A stretch of DNA of 64,000 nt from Candidatus Puniceispirillaceae bacterium (GCA_965657645.1 CBFHOS010000008.1:3597-67596), one strand, 5' to 3'; shown: positions 39,781 through 49,568, counted from the stretch's first letter. The notes: generated by a model from the sequence alone, not told the origin. A program made the numbers and translations.

Positions 39781-40697
39781 CTACAACTAGCTAGCGTCAC
39801 GTCTTCAACCTTGGTCAGATTGGCAATGATTGAAAAATCGCCATAATCTATTTCATAGGCACGGACCACACCGTTGCGCTGCATTGAAAAATTGATTTCA
39901 TATTCAGGCTCAGAGGTCTGCGCCGAGGGTTTGAAATAGGCAATACGTACAGGCCAGTATCCATCTTTGGCTAGAATGCCGGTGTCATCGCCAAGGATAT
40001 CGTCTGCGTTATCATTATGTGACTGCCATTTGCCAACCACAGTATTCGTTGTCATCAGCGCATCTTCCGGCTTTGCGCCGGTAAAAATGGTCGAGGCGAA
40101 TATGGTTTCGCCATCATTGGCTGATTTCAAAATGGTCTCAAGATGGCGGATCGGAAAATATGTGTCATCCGGCAGAGTGATCTCGTCGCTTTGCGCTACC
40201 GAAAAAGCGGCCAATCCGTTGCCTGTTTCGTCTATATGGGCGAATCCGGCAAATTCATTCTTCCCCAGAAACGTGCTGTTCTCGGTGATATCAAAGCTAT
40301 ATTTATCGCCGGACAGGGCTTCCCACGATTCAAAATGCGATAGCACTTGTTCGGTTGCGCCAGTCTCGCCAATGAATTCGAGGGCATAATCCTCGACCGA
40401 GCGCCACCCATCACAGACATGTTCCATGACAAATGCCGACCTGCCTTTAACGTCCACCACCGGAGAATTACTGAGCCGCGCGCCCATCGACATTTCGTAA
40501 AAGGCACGGTGCGAAACGATATTACTGGTCGCGGCAAAGCCTGCGACGCTATAGAGCATGGCGAATAACGCAATCGCGCCGGCAATTAACTGGAGCGAAT
40601 AATGGCGCCCCTGCTCCGGCGTTTGAGACGAACCATCAGACAGACGCTTAACCTGTGCCGCATTTCTGCGAGAATTGTTAATCATTTTATAATCCAA
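39777..40697 (-). CDS. DUF1849 / EipB-like periplasmic cell-envelope integrity protein
   Basis: 306 aa. N-terminal TM/signal segment, then HRAFYEMSMG...VKGRSAFVMEHVCDGW. One internal Cys and one Cys next to the C-terminus, as in Brucella EipB. Family call is from memory. Confidence 0.55.
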   Translation of the reverse strand: MDYKMINNSRRNAAQVKRLSDGSSQTPEQGRHYSLQLIAGAIALFAMLYSVAGFAATSNIVSHRAFYEMSMGARLSNSPVVDVKGRSAFVMEHVCDGWRSVEDYALEFIGETGATEQVLSHFESWEALSGDKYSFDITENSTFLGKNEFAGFAHIDETGNGLAAFSVAQSDEITLPDDTYFPIRHLETILKSANDGETIFASTIFTGAKPEDALMTTNTVVGKWQSHNDNADDILGDDTGILAKDGYWPVRIAYFKPSAQTSEPEYEINFSMQRNGVVRAYEIDYGDFSIIANLTKVEDVTLASCS

Positions 40698-40811
40698 ACA
40701 AGAGAATGGCGGACATTACCTATCTGACATGGAGGCCGAGACTTGGCATTTCAATAGGTTTGCCTTTCGGATAAGCGGTTTTTACTCTATATCTGCCTCA
40801 CCACATTAAAT

Positions 40812-42020
40812 ATGGAACAGGCAATGTCAAAGCAGCGCACCGAGACAAATAACGACAGTATCTCCGCAGATGGGATCAAACCTATCGTCACAACAGAAGC
40901 GCTGATTGCCGTTGTCGAGCGGTTTCGTAGTGCCAGTTTCCTCGCCGTTGATACCGAATTCATGCGTGAGCGCACTTATTACCCGCAATTATGCCTGATC
41001 CAGATTAGTGATGGTGAGCTGGCCGTTGGCATTGATCCATTGGCCGATGGTATCGACATCTCGCCGCTATGGGAATTGATGCGCGACCCGGCCATCGTCA
41101 AAGTCTTTCACGCCGCCCATCAGGATATGGAAATATTCCTGCATTTGATGGGCGATTTGCCTGCCCCGATCTATGATAGCCAGATTGGCGCGATGGTGAT
41201 GGGACAGGGTGATCAGGTGGGCTATGACCGGCTAGTCAAGGCGATGCTGGACCATGATATCGACAAAACCTCGCGGTTTACCGATTGGTCAAAGCGCCCC
41301 CTTACCGACCGACAAATGAGCTATGCGCTCGATGATGTTATTTATCTAGCAAAGATCTACCCGATGATGATCGCCGAGCTAGAGACGAAAAACCGGACTG
41401 AATGGTTGGCCGAGGAAAATGCCAAGCTCGCCGATATAAACACCTATCGCACCCTGCCCGAGGATGCGTGGAAACGGATTAAAATCCGCCATATGAAGCC
41501 GGCACCTTTATTGCGGCTAATCCATCTAGCGGCATGGCGTGAACAGGAATCGCAACAGCGCGACATCCCGCGCAACCGTATTCTGCGTGATGAAACATTG
41601 ATTGATCTGGCGGGAACAAACCCTAGAAAGATTGCTGATTTCGGCAAGATCAGGAATTTTCCGGGCGGTAAAGAAGGCAAGCTGACGACCCCGATCCTGC
41701 GGGTTCTTGAACAGGTAGCGGCCCTGCCTGATAGCGCCTTGCCCGAAACCCAACCCCGCCAGCTACCAAAGCGGCCACCAGTTGCGGTGATGGAATTGTT
41801 ACGGGTTTTGCTAAAACATATCACCGACGAACATGGTGTTGCGCCGCGTTTGATTGCCTCGGCCGATGATCTTGAACGCCTCGCGCTTGACGATGATGCG
41901 CCGATCAAGGCAATGAGCGGCTGGCGCCGTGATCTGTTTGGCGAACCGGCGCTGAAATTGAAAAACGGCAAGATCGCTCTTGCCGTTGATCAACGCCAGA
42001 TTAAATTAATCGAGCTATAG
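40812..42020 (+). CDS. rnd: Ribonuclease D
   Basis: 402 aa. DEDD exonuclease motifs LAVDTEF and YALDDVIYL, plus an HRDC domain. An alternative start is at 40824. Confidence 0.9.
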   Translation: MEQAMSKQRTETNNDSISADGIKPIVTTEALIAVVERFRSASFLAVDTEFMRERTYYPQLCLIQISDGELAVGIDPLADGIDISPLWELMRDPAIVKVFHAAHQDMEIFLHLMGDLPAPIYDSQIGAMVMGQGDQVGYDRLVKAMLDHDIDKTSRFTDWSKRPLTDRQMSYALDDVIYLAKIYPMMIAELETKNRTEWLAEENAKLADINTYRTLPEDAWKRIKIRHMKPAPLLRLIHLAAWREQESQQRDIPRNRILRDETLIDLAGTNPRKIADFGKIRNFPGGKEGKLTTPILRVLEQVAALPDSALPETQPRQLPKRPPVAVMELLRVLLKHITDEHGVAPRLIASADDLERLALDDDAPIKAMSGWRRDLFGEPALKLKNGKIALAVDQRQIKLIEL

Positions 42021-42035
42021 GCTAGCCACCCGCAA

Positions 42036-42818
42036 TTACAGGGTGCTGTTAAAATTGCCACCATCGATGAGGATATTCTGGCCGGTTAGATAGCCAGAAT
42101 GCGCACTGCACATCCACGCACAGGCAAAACCAAATTCGTTAATTTCACCGAGACGTTTGCTTGGGTTGCGGGCTTCGAAAATGGCCCGCATCTCGGCTTG
42201 GCTCTTGCCCTCTGCCTTGGCCGAATTGGCGATCAATGTTTCGATACGGTCAGTATTAAATTGGCCCGGCAACAGCCCGTTTACCGTCACATTATGCGAT
42301 GCCACCTGCCGTGCCAAACCCGCACAAAAGCCGGTAAGCGCCGCACGCGCTCCATTGGAGAGGCCAAGTGCCGGGATTGGTGACTTAACCGAATTTGAGG
42401 TGATATTTACAATCCTGCCGAATTTATTCTCGATCATCGGGTCGATTACAGCTTTGATCAGCTCAAACGCCGCCAGCATGTTCGCATCGAGTGCCGCCAG
42501 CCAATTGTCACGTTTCCAATCACGAAAATCACCCGGAGGTGGCCCACCGGCATTATTGATTAGAATATCCACATGGCCCGCCGCCGCCAGAACCGCCGCG
42601 CGGCCTTCTTCGGTGGTGATATCACACACAACTTCCTCGACCTCGACACCGTGCTCAGCGCGAATAGCGGCGGCAGAGGCGGCAAGGGTTTCGGCGGTGC
42701 GCCCACACATAACCAGATTAACACCAACACCGGCAAGCGCATTAGCACAGCCAAGGCCAAGTCCACGGCTAGAGGCACACACAATCGCCTTGCGGCCAGA
42801 AATTCCAAAATCAAGCAT
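42036..42818 (-). CDS. SDR family oxidoreductase (FabG-like)
   Basis: 260 aa. Contains NNAG and an SDR catalytic region. Confidence 0.85.
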   Translation of the reverse strand: MLDFGISGRKAIVCASSRGLGLGCANALAGVGVNLVMCGRTAETLAASAAAIRAEHGVEVEEVVCDITTEEGRAAVLAAAGHVDILINNAGGPPPGDFRDWKRDNWLAALDANMLAAFELIKAVIDPMIENKFGRIVNITSNSVKSPIPALGLSNGARAALTGFCAGLARQVASHNVTVNGLLPGQFNTDRIETLIANSAKAEGKSQAEMRAIFEARNPSKRLGEINEFGFACAWMCSAHSGYLTGQNILIDGGNFNSTL

Positions 42819-42823
42819 CGTAA

Positions 42824-43498
42824 CTAATCACTTTCCGTCTCTTGTGCTAACACCTCACGCGCCAGTCCCAAACTGACATGCTTCTTATCTGCAAGAGCTT
42901 TTTTATCAATTTTTTCAACAAATTGCCGAACAGCATCAAACGACCGATCTATCCGAGCCACTACATATTGCCGGACAGTATCAGGGACCGCAAGCTGGCG
43001 ATCAACAAAATGCTTATCTAGCAACGCCCCCAACAACAGATCATCCGGATTGTCGATGCTGGCGAGGGTTATCGCCCGCATCCGAGAGCGCAAATCCGCC
43101 AGTGACCACTCCATTTGTGATACTGGCATACGGCTTAACATCAACACTGAACCGTTCCGGTCCTTGATCCGTGTCAGCAACAAAAACAGGGCCTCTTCGT
43201 CCCAATCGGCCCCCGGCATAATGTTATCCAGCAAGAAATGCGAGTCATCACCCAGATCCGCAAGCCCGTCAGGGCTCAAACCATCCAGATAATGCGCGCC
43301 AGATTGTGCCTGCCACACCGCGCCCAGATGCGACTTTCCCGCGCCCACAGCGCCGGTGATGTTGAGGCCGCATATCTGGCCCGGCCAATCGGGCCATGTC
43401 TCTACGGCGCGCATCGCCAGATCGTTGCAACTGCTGACGATAAATTCATCCCAGCCCTCAGCACGGCGAAATTCAAGATCAAGTGGTAGCTGTTCCAT
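42824..43498 (-). CDS. hdaA: DnaA regulatory inactivator HdaA
   Basis: 224 aa, DnaA domain III-like, with P-loop GAVGAGKSHL. The position next to purMN is typical for alphaproteobacteria. Confidence 0.75.
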   Translation of the reverse strand: MEQLPLDLEFRRAEGWDEFIVSSCNDLAMRAVETWPDWPGQICGLNITGAVGAGKSHLGAVWQAQSGAHYLDGLSPDGLADLGDDSHFLLDNIMPGADWDEEALFLLLTRIKDRNGSVLMLSRMPVSQMEWSLADLRSRMRAITLASIDNPDDLLLGALLDKHFVDRQLAVPDTVRQYVVARIDRSFDAVRQFVEKIDKKALADKKHVSLGLAREVLAQETESD

Positions 43499-43507
43499 TG
43501 CCCGATC

Positions 43508-44698
43508 CTAATCCAGCGTCACAAGGCGTAGGATATTGTCGCCATCTTGCGGTATAGCCACATTCAACCCATGACTGGCAAGGGCATTTTGCAGAGCCGC
43601 CACAGAGCCAGAAAGGCTAATAGTAACAAGTGCTTGATCAACTTTAAGAATACGAATTTTATAGCTATTAATCACCGCTATATCATCCAGAACAGCCAAG
43701 CGTTCAGACCATTGCGACAATGACGATAACGGTATCTGGAGGGTTACATCCAGTGTCTCCATCCCCGAAATGAGGTTGGCCGCATGCCAGCCTGCTTCGA
43801 CTTCTTGGATGATTTTATCCCGCGCTTTGCCAAGCTGGAGTGATAGATCATCCTCGATCGGCACATTCACCATCCGCCCCAATTGGGTTAGACCCTTGCC
43901 TTGGTTCGATAATAATTGCCCGCTGACCGTTAACACCCGTTTGGCGCCCTGATAATCAAGCTGGGCTATCACCAGCAAAACCTGCTTGGCCTTGGCAATC
44001 TTGGCCGCGCGGGTCAGCGTGTCGGGATCGGCAATCGCCAAATCTTCTGCCCGCAGATTGCGTTCGTTGGTGATGGTTGGCGCCAATAGGGTAAATGAGA
44101 CAAGACCGGTGGCCGATGCAACCGCGTCACGCCACCCAGTTAGCCATTCGTTATCTTGGCGCCATGCCCGCGCACCTTCTGGGGCCTGCCATACCGGTAA
44201 AACCAAAATCTCGGGGCTTGGCAATTCGGCCCATTGCAATCCGGCTTTCTTGAGCGCCGCGCGCAATCGGCGGGCATCAAAACAGAAATCTAACAACGCG
44301 ATATAGCGACCTTCCAGTGAGTTTTCTTCGGCAATGTAGACAAAATCGGTGAATTCATCGAGATCATGTGATGCAATGAAATCACGCGCTTGGGCCTCGT
44401 CATGGAGCAACCGATTAAGTACCACAGCGAATCCGGTTTCGGCCGCCGCCCGCACCCCCATCGTTTGCGCCTCAGTAGCAGTGGCCGCGCGCTGATCAAT
44501 GCTGATATTCTGCACACCAAATTGCGGCGTGCTACAGACCTCACGGGCAGCTAGAGGCGGCGCCAATATCACCATAACGCACAGCATCCCGCCCAAAACC
44601 GGGCTAGCGAAAACACCTCTAAATGCCGATCTTGGCAAAACGGGTAATCGGTTTTTCACTCCAGTGACAATTTCCCGAAAGATTAGTGCTGTACGCAT
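43508..44698 (-). CDS. Conserved hypothetical exported protein (possibly DUF2066)
   Basis: 396 aa with an N-terminal hydrophobic segment and no catalytic motifs that I recognise. Lies 9 nt upstream of hdaA, so it is probably co-transcribed. Confidence 0.5.
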   Translation of the reverse strand: MRTALIFREIVTGVKNRLPVLPRSAFRGVFASPVLGGMLCVMVILAPPLAAREVCSTPQFGVQNISIDQRAATATEAQTMGVRAAAETGFAVVLNRLLHDEAQARDFIASHDLDEFTDFVYIAEENSLEGRYIALLDFCFDARRLRAALKKAGLQWAELPSPEILVLPVWQAPEGARAWRQDNEWLTGWRDAVASATGLVSFTLLAPTITNERNLRAEDLAIADPDTLTRAAKIAKAKQVLLVIAQLDYQGAKRVLTVSGQLLSNQGKGLTQLGRMVNVPIEDDLSLQLGKARDKIIQEVEAGWHAANLISGMETLDVTLQIPLSSLSQWSERLAVLDDIAVINSYKIRILKVDQALVTISLSGSVAALQNALASHGLNVAIPQDGDNILRLVTLD

Positions 44699-44762
44699 GG
44701 TTACAAAGCCTTATGATGACGTTCACAGATTAACTATAGCACTACCGTAGGACGACGCCAGC

Positions 44763-45860
44763 ATGTCTGACAAACAAACGACATCTTCATCATTAACTTA
44801 CCGGGATGCAGGGGTCGATATCGATGCTGGCGACGCGTTGATTGGGGACATTGCGCCACATGCAAAACGCACTCGTCGGGCCGGTGCGGATGCCTCTTTA
44901 GGCGGCTTTGGCGGGTTGTTTGATCCCCGCGCCGCTGGCTTTACCGATCCAATTTTAGTTGCCGCGACCGATGGTGTTGGCACCAAGCTAGAGCTTGCTA
45001 AAACCCTTAATAAACACCGCGGCCTTGGCATTGATCTGGTTGCGATGTGCGCAAACGATATCTTAGCACAAGGCGCTATGCCACTATTTTTTCTTGATTA
45101 TTTTGCCACAGGAAAACTAGAGCCCCATGTCGCCACCGAGGTTATCGCCGGTATAGCGGATGGCTGTGTGATTAGCGATTGCGCGTTGATTGGCGGGGAA
45201 ACCGCCGAGATGCCGGGCGTTTATCCCCCCGGCGGTTATGATTTGGCCGGATTTTGTGTTGGCGCGGCGGAACGGGGTACCTTGCTTGTTCCGGGCCAGC
45301 CAAAACAAGGCGATATTGCCATTGCACTGCCCTCTTCCGGCGTCCATTCAAACGGCTATTCTTTGGTCCGCAAAATCATTGAAGTGACTGGCGCTGATCT
45401 TCACGCTCCGGCAAATTTTGGCGGCGATGACCACCAGACGTTGGGGGATGCGTTAATCGAGCCAACACGGCTCTATCAAAAATCCGCAAAAATCGCGCTG
45501 GAGACTGGCGGGGTTAGCGGCATTGTGCATGTTACTGGTGGTGGTTTGATCGAAAACCCACCACGTGTCTATGATGCTGATCTCGCCTTTGAGATGGATT
45601 GTGCCGCCGCGTCATTGCCACCTCTGTTCAAATGGCTACGTAATGGCGGTAATATAGAACCGCTGGAAATGGCGCGAACATTCAATTGTGGTATCGGCAT
45701 GCTGATCTTTGTCGCCCCCGATAATGCCGAGACTGTTCTCACCGCTCTTCGCGCCGGCGACGAACCGGCCGAGCCAGACGCCTTTATCGCCGGATCATTG
45801 ACCGCACGCGGTGATGGCCCAGCCGTAATGCTCCATAATCTTGATCATTGGGGCGCATAG
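44763..45860 (+). CDS. purM: Phosphoribosylformylglycinamidine cyclo-ligase (AIR synthetase)
   Basis: 365 aa. Contains YRDAGVDIDAG, GGFGGLF, DGVGTK and the GGETAEMP motif. Confidence 0.95.
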   Translation: MSDKQTTSSSLTYRDAGVDIDAGDALIGDIAPHAKRTRRAGADASLGGFGGLFDPRAAGFTDPILVAATDGVGTKLELAKTLNKHRGLGIDLVAMCANDILAQGAMPLFFLDYFATGKLEPHVATEVIAGIADGCVISDCALIGGETAEMPGVYPPGGYDLAGFCVGAAERGTLLVPGQPKQGDIAIALPSSGVHSNGYSLVRKIIEVTGADLHAPANFGGDDHQTLGDALIEPTRLYQKSAKIALETGGVSGIVHVTGGGLIENPPRVYDADLAFEMDCAAASLPPLFKWLRNGGNIEPLEMARTFNCGIGMLIFVAPDNAETVLTALRAGDEPAEPDAFIAGSLTARGDGPAVMLHNLDHWGA

Positions 45861-45879
45861 TGGTGGTAAGGTTCGTCTG

Positions 45880-46551
45880 ATGCGGATTGCCATTCTGATT
45901 TCTGGACGCGGTTCCAATATGCTGCGCCTTGCCGATTTCATTGCCGCGCAAGCCTTACCGGTCGAAATTGCTTTGGTGGCAAGCAATAAACCATGCGCCG
46001 GCATCGACAACGCGAACCAACGCGGCCTGTCTACTGCGGTTTTTGAACGTAAGGCATATGGCGACAAAGCCAGTCAGGAACAGGCACTTGGCGATGCAAT
46101 TGCCGCCGCCAATGTCGATTTTATTCTGTTGGCTGGCTATATGGCGATATTGGGTGCTGATTTCGTCGATCGATTTGCCAATAAAACAATCAATATACAC
46201 CCCTCTCTTTTGCCCGATTTCAAGGGGCTGGATACACATGAACGCGCCCTCGCCGCCGGGGTAACGCATCACGGCGTCAGCATTCATCTGGTTACCGCGG
46301 CGCTGGATGACGGGCCAATACTGGCACAGGCGGCTTTGCCCATTGCACAGGACGATACTAGCGACAGCCTTGCTGGCCATGTTCTAACCCTCGAACATGC
46401 CCTCTATCCGTTTGTTCTTGCGGCATTATCCCAGGGGAATTTGACAATCGATGGTGACGCGGTGCATTGGCGTGATGGGCCAGAATTTCTGGCGCAAATG
46501 CCGGACGATATGGCGCAAAAGCTGCTTTCCACAATAATCTGGCCAGCTTAA
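45880..46551 (+). CDS. purN: Phosphoribosylglycinamide formyltransferase
   Basis: Starts MRIAILISGRGSNM at the ATG at 45880. Contains INIHPSLLP and HGVSIHLV. Confidence 0.95.
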   Translation: MRIAILISGRGSNMLRLADFIAAQALPVEIALVASNKPCAGIDNANQRGLSTAVFERKAYGDKASQEQALGDAIAAANVDFILLAGYMAILGADFVDRFANKTINIHPSLLPDFKGLDTHERALAAGVTHHGVSIHLVTAALDDGPILAQAALPIAQDDTSDSLAGHVLTLEHALYPFVLAALSQGNLTIDGDAVHWRDGPEFLAQMPDDMAQKLLSTIIWPA

Positions 46552-46717
46552 CCTTTGCACAAATGTTTACATCTATTTTTACATCAGTATTTAGGGTGCA
46601 TATTTTTTAGAAACCGAATAGCCGGACAAGGATTGATTTTGATCTCACATTCGGCGATAAAAGGGCCAGATTTGACGCAAGGGGCCCTATACGGCCACCG
46701 AATTAGAGGACAAAAAC

Positions 46718-46849
46718 ATGGATACCAGCAATTTTGACAAGCAAGCCCATCAGCATCTGTCAATTTATCACTCAGTCATGAACGGCGCCAAAATCGTTGG
46801 TGGCTTGGTTATCCTGACGTTGATTGTGATGGCAATCACTCTGCTCTAG
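46718..46849 (+). CDS. 43-aa single-TM peptide, possibly aa3-type cytochrome oxidase subunit IV-like (PF07835-like)
   Basis: Not in the ORF track. AGAGGA lies 8 nt upstream of the ATG. Sequence: MDTSNFDKQAHQHLSIYHSVMNGAKIVGGLVILTLIVMAITLL. A strong terminator follows. Confidence 0.4.
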   Translation: MDTSNFDKQAHQHLSIYHSVMNGAKIVGGLVILTLIVMAITLL

Positions 46850-46912
46850 ACTCCGTCTGCTTTAGACAGGATCCTCATCCCCAGCGGATGAAAATACAGA
46901 TTTAGACAAAGC

Positions 46913-46940
46913 AAAAGGCGGGAATTACCCCGCCTTTTTT
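46913..46940. terminator. Bidirectional rho-independent terminator between the small ORF (+) and ndk (-)
   Basis: aaaaGGCGGGaattacCCCGCCtttttt: a GC-rich 6-bp stem flanked by an A-run and a T-run. Confidence 0.7.
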
Positions 46941-46983
46941 GTTTGTTATCACGCTATATAACCGCTGTGCGATTATCCGGTAA

Positions 46984-47406
46984 TTATCCTGTGATTTCGC
47001 TACCTGCAAAGAAATAGGCGATTTCGATCTCGGCATTCTCTGGGCTGTCAGAACCGTGCACTGAATTGGCTTCGATTGATTCTGCAAAATCCTTACGGAT
47101 TGTGCCGTCTGCGGCTTCAGCTGGGTTAGTTGCGCCCATTGTTTCGCGGTTAAGAGCAATCGCGTTTTCACCCTCAAGCACCTGTAGAACAACGGGACCA
47201 GATGTCATGAATGCCACTAGATCGCCATAAAACGGGCGCTCTGCATGAACAGCGTAGAATGCTTCGGCTTCGGCTTTGCTCAATTGCTTGCGCTTTTGGG
47301 CAACGATGCGCAGACCAGCACCCTCGAGGCGCGCATTGATCGCACCTGTCAGATTGCGGCGGGTGGCGTCGGGCTTGATGATAGAAAAGGTTCTTTGAAG
47401 AGCCAT
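46984..47406 (-). CDS. ndk: Nucleoside diphosphate kinase
   Basis: 140 aa. Contains [14 protein letters not shown] and NSVHGSDS. Confidence 0.97.
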   Translation of the reverse strand: MALQRTFSIIKPDATRRNLTGAINARLEGAGLRIVAQKRKQLSKAEAEAFYAVHAERPFYGDLVAFMTSGPVVLQVLEGENAIALNRETMGATNPAEAADGTIRKDFAESIEANSVHGSDSPENAEIEIAYFFAGSEITG

Positions 47407-47641
47407 GATACTTCCTTTTTACGTTAAGATCTTAAGCCAGATATAGTCTGGCTCATATCAGCTGGTGAATGATTGTCATTCGGGACTAGATGTCGTTTGG
47501 CGGAGATTGATCAATCGGGCCGCCTCCCGCAATTCTGTTAAAACAGGTGTCTGGCAAATACATATTTGCAAAACCAGATCAGATGCCGCCTTCATAGGCA
47601 AAACTGCCTCACTTAACAAGCGCAAAATCAAGCGGCGGCGT

Positions 47642-48094
47642 CTATGCCTTTTTCTGCCACCGGCCGTCATCATCTTGACCGAAATAGCTAGCGGAAACAT
47701 CCGCCATCGCGCTGATCTGTTTCCATTGGACACGGGCTTGCTCTACCTGCGCGTCTGAGCCACCATCAAACAGGATAAAGGCACGTTCCACCGCATCCCA
47801 TTTTGACGGCATAACCCCATGCGTTAGAAACAAGAACGGGGCTTTAATCGGGTTAGTATCTGGATCCGTTGAAATCCAAACTTTCGCCCGATCCGCGCCC
47901 GCACCATCATCGATTCCATGCGGCAACCATGAATCGTCCTCATAGCTCCATAGTAAATCATCAAGCCCCGACGCGACTGGCTTTGGGCATAAGATCAAGC
48001 CCGTTTTCCCAGCCGCGAGGGTCTTTTTCAACAGCATGATGAGCGCTGTTTCCAGCGGTGATTGTGTTAGATGGTAGAAATCAATCTGCGTCAT
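47642..48094 (-). CDS. holC: DNA polymerase III subunit chi
   Basis: 150 aa from the ATG at 48094 (MTQIDFYHL...). Overlaps the pepA 3' end by 14 nt. pepA-holC synteny is conserved. Confidence 0.85.
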   Translation of the reverse strand: MTQIDFYHLTQSPLETALIMLLKKTLAAGKTGLILCPKPVASGLDDLLWSYEDDSWLPHGIDDGAGADRAKVWISTDPDTNPIKAPFLFLTHGVMPSKWDAVERAFILFDGGSDAQVEQARVQWKQISAMADVSASYFGQDDDGRWQKKA

Positions 48095-49568
48095 CACTAG
48101 ACGACAAGCTTGCATCGCTCCAATCATCGATAAGTCGGTTGAGCAACCGAACCCCATAGCCAGTGCCGCCCTTTGGCACAGTTGGCATCGGTTTATCGGA
48201 CCATGCCTTGCCGGCAATATCCAGATGCGCCCACGGGGTATCGGTCACAAACCGCTCTAGGAAACAGGCGGCGGTAATCGAACCACCATAAGGCCCGCCA
48301 ATATTTTTCATATCGGCAATATGCGATTTTAGCATCTTGTTATAGGTCTCGCCCATCGGCATCCGCCAAACAGGCTCGCCAGTGGCACTGCCAGCCGATG
48401 ATAGCTGGCTGGACAGATCATCCGAATTAGAGAACATACCACCATATTCCTTACCCAGAGCCACCAGAATAGCACCAGTAAGGGTCGCCAAATTAACCAT
48501 CGCCTTTGGTTTGAACTTGGTTTCGGTATAATGCAATGCATCAGCCAGCACGAGGCGTCCTTCGGCATCGGTATTGATCACCTCGATGGTTTTGCCGGAC
48601 ATCGCCGTTACCACATCACCGGGGCGCTGGGCGTTGCCATCAGGCATGTTTTCCACCAAACCGATCACACCGACGACGTTTTTCGTCAATTTACGACCAG
48701 CCACAGCGCACATCGCGCCCGTGACCGCCGCCGCGCCGCCCATATCCCATTTCATGTCTTCCATGCCTTTAGGGGGCTTTAGCGAGATACCGCCAGTATC
48801 GAATGTCACGCCCTTGCCAACAAGCGCAATCGGCGCTTCATCGCCGCCACCGCGCCAGTTCATAACCACCATGCGAGATTCGCGGCGACTACCCTGTCCA
48901 ACACCAAGCAATGCGCCCATGCCGAGCTTTTCCATCGCGGGTTCGTCCAGTATTTCGATCTCCAGCCCCAAATCAGCCAACGCCGCACAGCGATCAGCAA
49001 ATGCCACCGGATATAGCTTGTTGGCCGGTTCAAACACCAGATCGCGGGCCATAGTGACACCGGCAACCAATGCATCGCGATCAGTCATCAGCGGATCATC
49101 ATCACCCAATGCCGCGGCTTGAACCTGAATAGTCACCGAATTCTCGGCGCTGTCGCTCTCAGTGAAATATTGCTCAAAGTGATAACCCGCTAGCTTTGCA
49201 CCAAAGACAATGTCCGCCATGATCTCTGGATCAAGGTTATGTTCTGGCATAAAGGCGCGCTTTTGCACGCCGGCGCCTACGGCTTGGAAAATCTTACCAC
49301 CGATATCCTCAGCTTTGCGGCCCGCCTTAAGGCCCTTACCGGCCTCACCTGTGCCAACAAGGATATAACAGCCCGTTTCACAGTAAATCGTCTGGATTTT
49401 TCCGGCATCACCCTTGAATTGGGCGGTCGCCATAGCGGCGATAACCGCAGCCGCGGTATCCCGCTCTAAATGCGGCAATAGCTCGGCATTAGCACCAATG
49501 AGGCAGATCGTTGCAAAATCACCCTTTGGGGCGTCATTTACGAATGAAAACTGTAATTTCGTAGCCAT
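48081..49568 (-). CDS. pepA: Leucyl aminopeptidase (M17)
   Basis: 495 aa. Contains the NTDAEGRL signature and VGKGVTFDTGG. Confidence 0.95.
   Translation of the reverse strand: MATKLQFSFVNDAPKGDFATICLIGANAELLPHLERDTAAAVIAAMATAQFKGDAGKIQTIYCETGCYILVGTGEAGKGLKAGRKAEDIGGKIFQAVGAGVQKRAFMPEHNLDPEIMADIVFGAKLAGYHFEQYFTESDSAENSVTIQVQAAALGDDDPLMTDRDALVAGVTMARDLVFEPANKLYPVAFADRCAALADLGLEIEILDEPAMEKLGMGALLGVGQGSRRESRMVVMNWRGGGDEAPIALVGKGVTFDTGGISLKPPKGMEDMKWDMGGAAAVTGAMCAVAGRKLTKNVVGVIGLVENMPDGNAQRPGDVVTAMSGKTIEVINTDAEGRLVLADALHYTETKFKPKAMVNLATLTGAILVALGKEYGGMFSNSDDLSSQLSSAGSATGEPVWRMPMGETYNKMLKSHIADMKNIGGPYGGSITAACFLERFVTDTPWAHLDIAGKAWSDKPMPTVPKGGTGYGVRLLNRLIDDWSDASLSSSDDAD

Noticed and set aside
42157-42876. 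239-aa plus-strand ORF
   Set aside because: It is antisense to the SDR gene. Its Ala/Ser/Pro-rich composition is typical of GC-driven shadow frames.
45841-45879. N-terminal extension of purN overlapping purM (also similar track extensions for topA, surA, lptF, holC, gatC, yaaA and fabG)
   Set aside because: In each case an internal ATG with a better RBS, or a start matching the conserved family N-terminus, gives the canonical protein. The extensions arise from longest-ORF calling with alternative start codons.
47465-47758. 97-aa (+) and 85-aa (-) ORFs in the holC-ndk spacer
   Set aside because: Both run into or overlap the holC coding region and have no RBS. The region is better explained as non-coding with palindromes.
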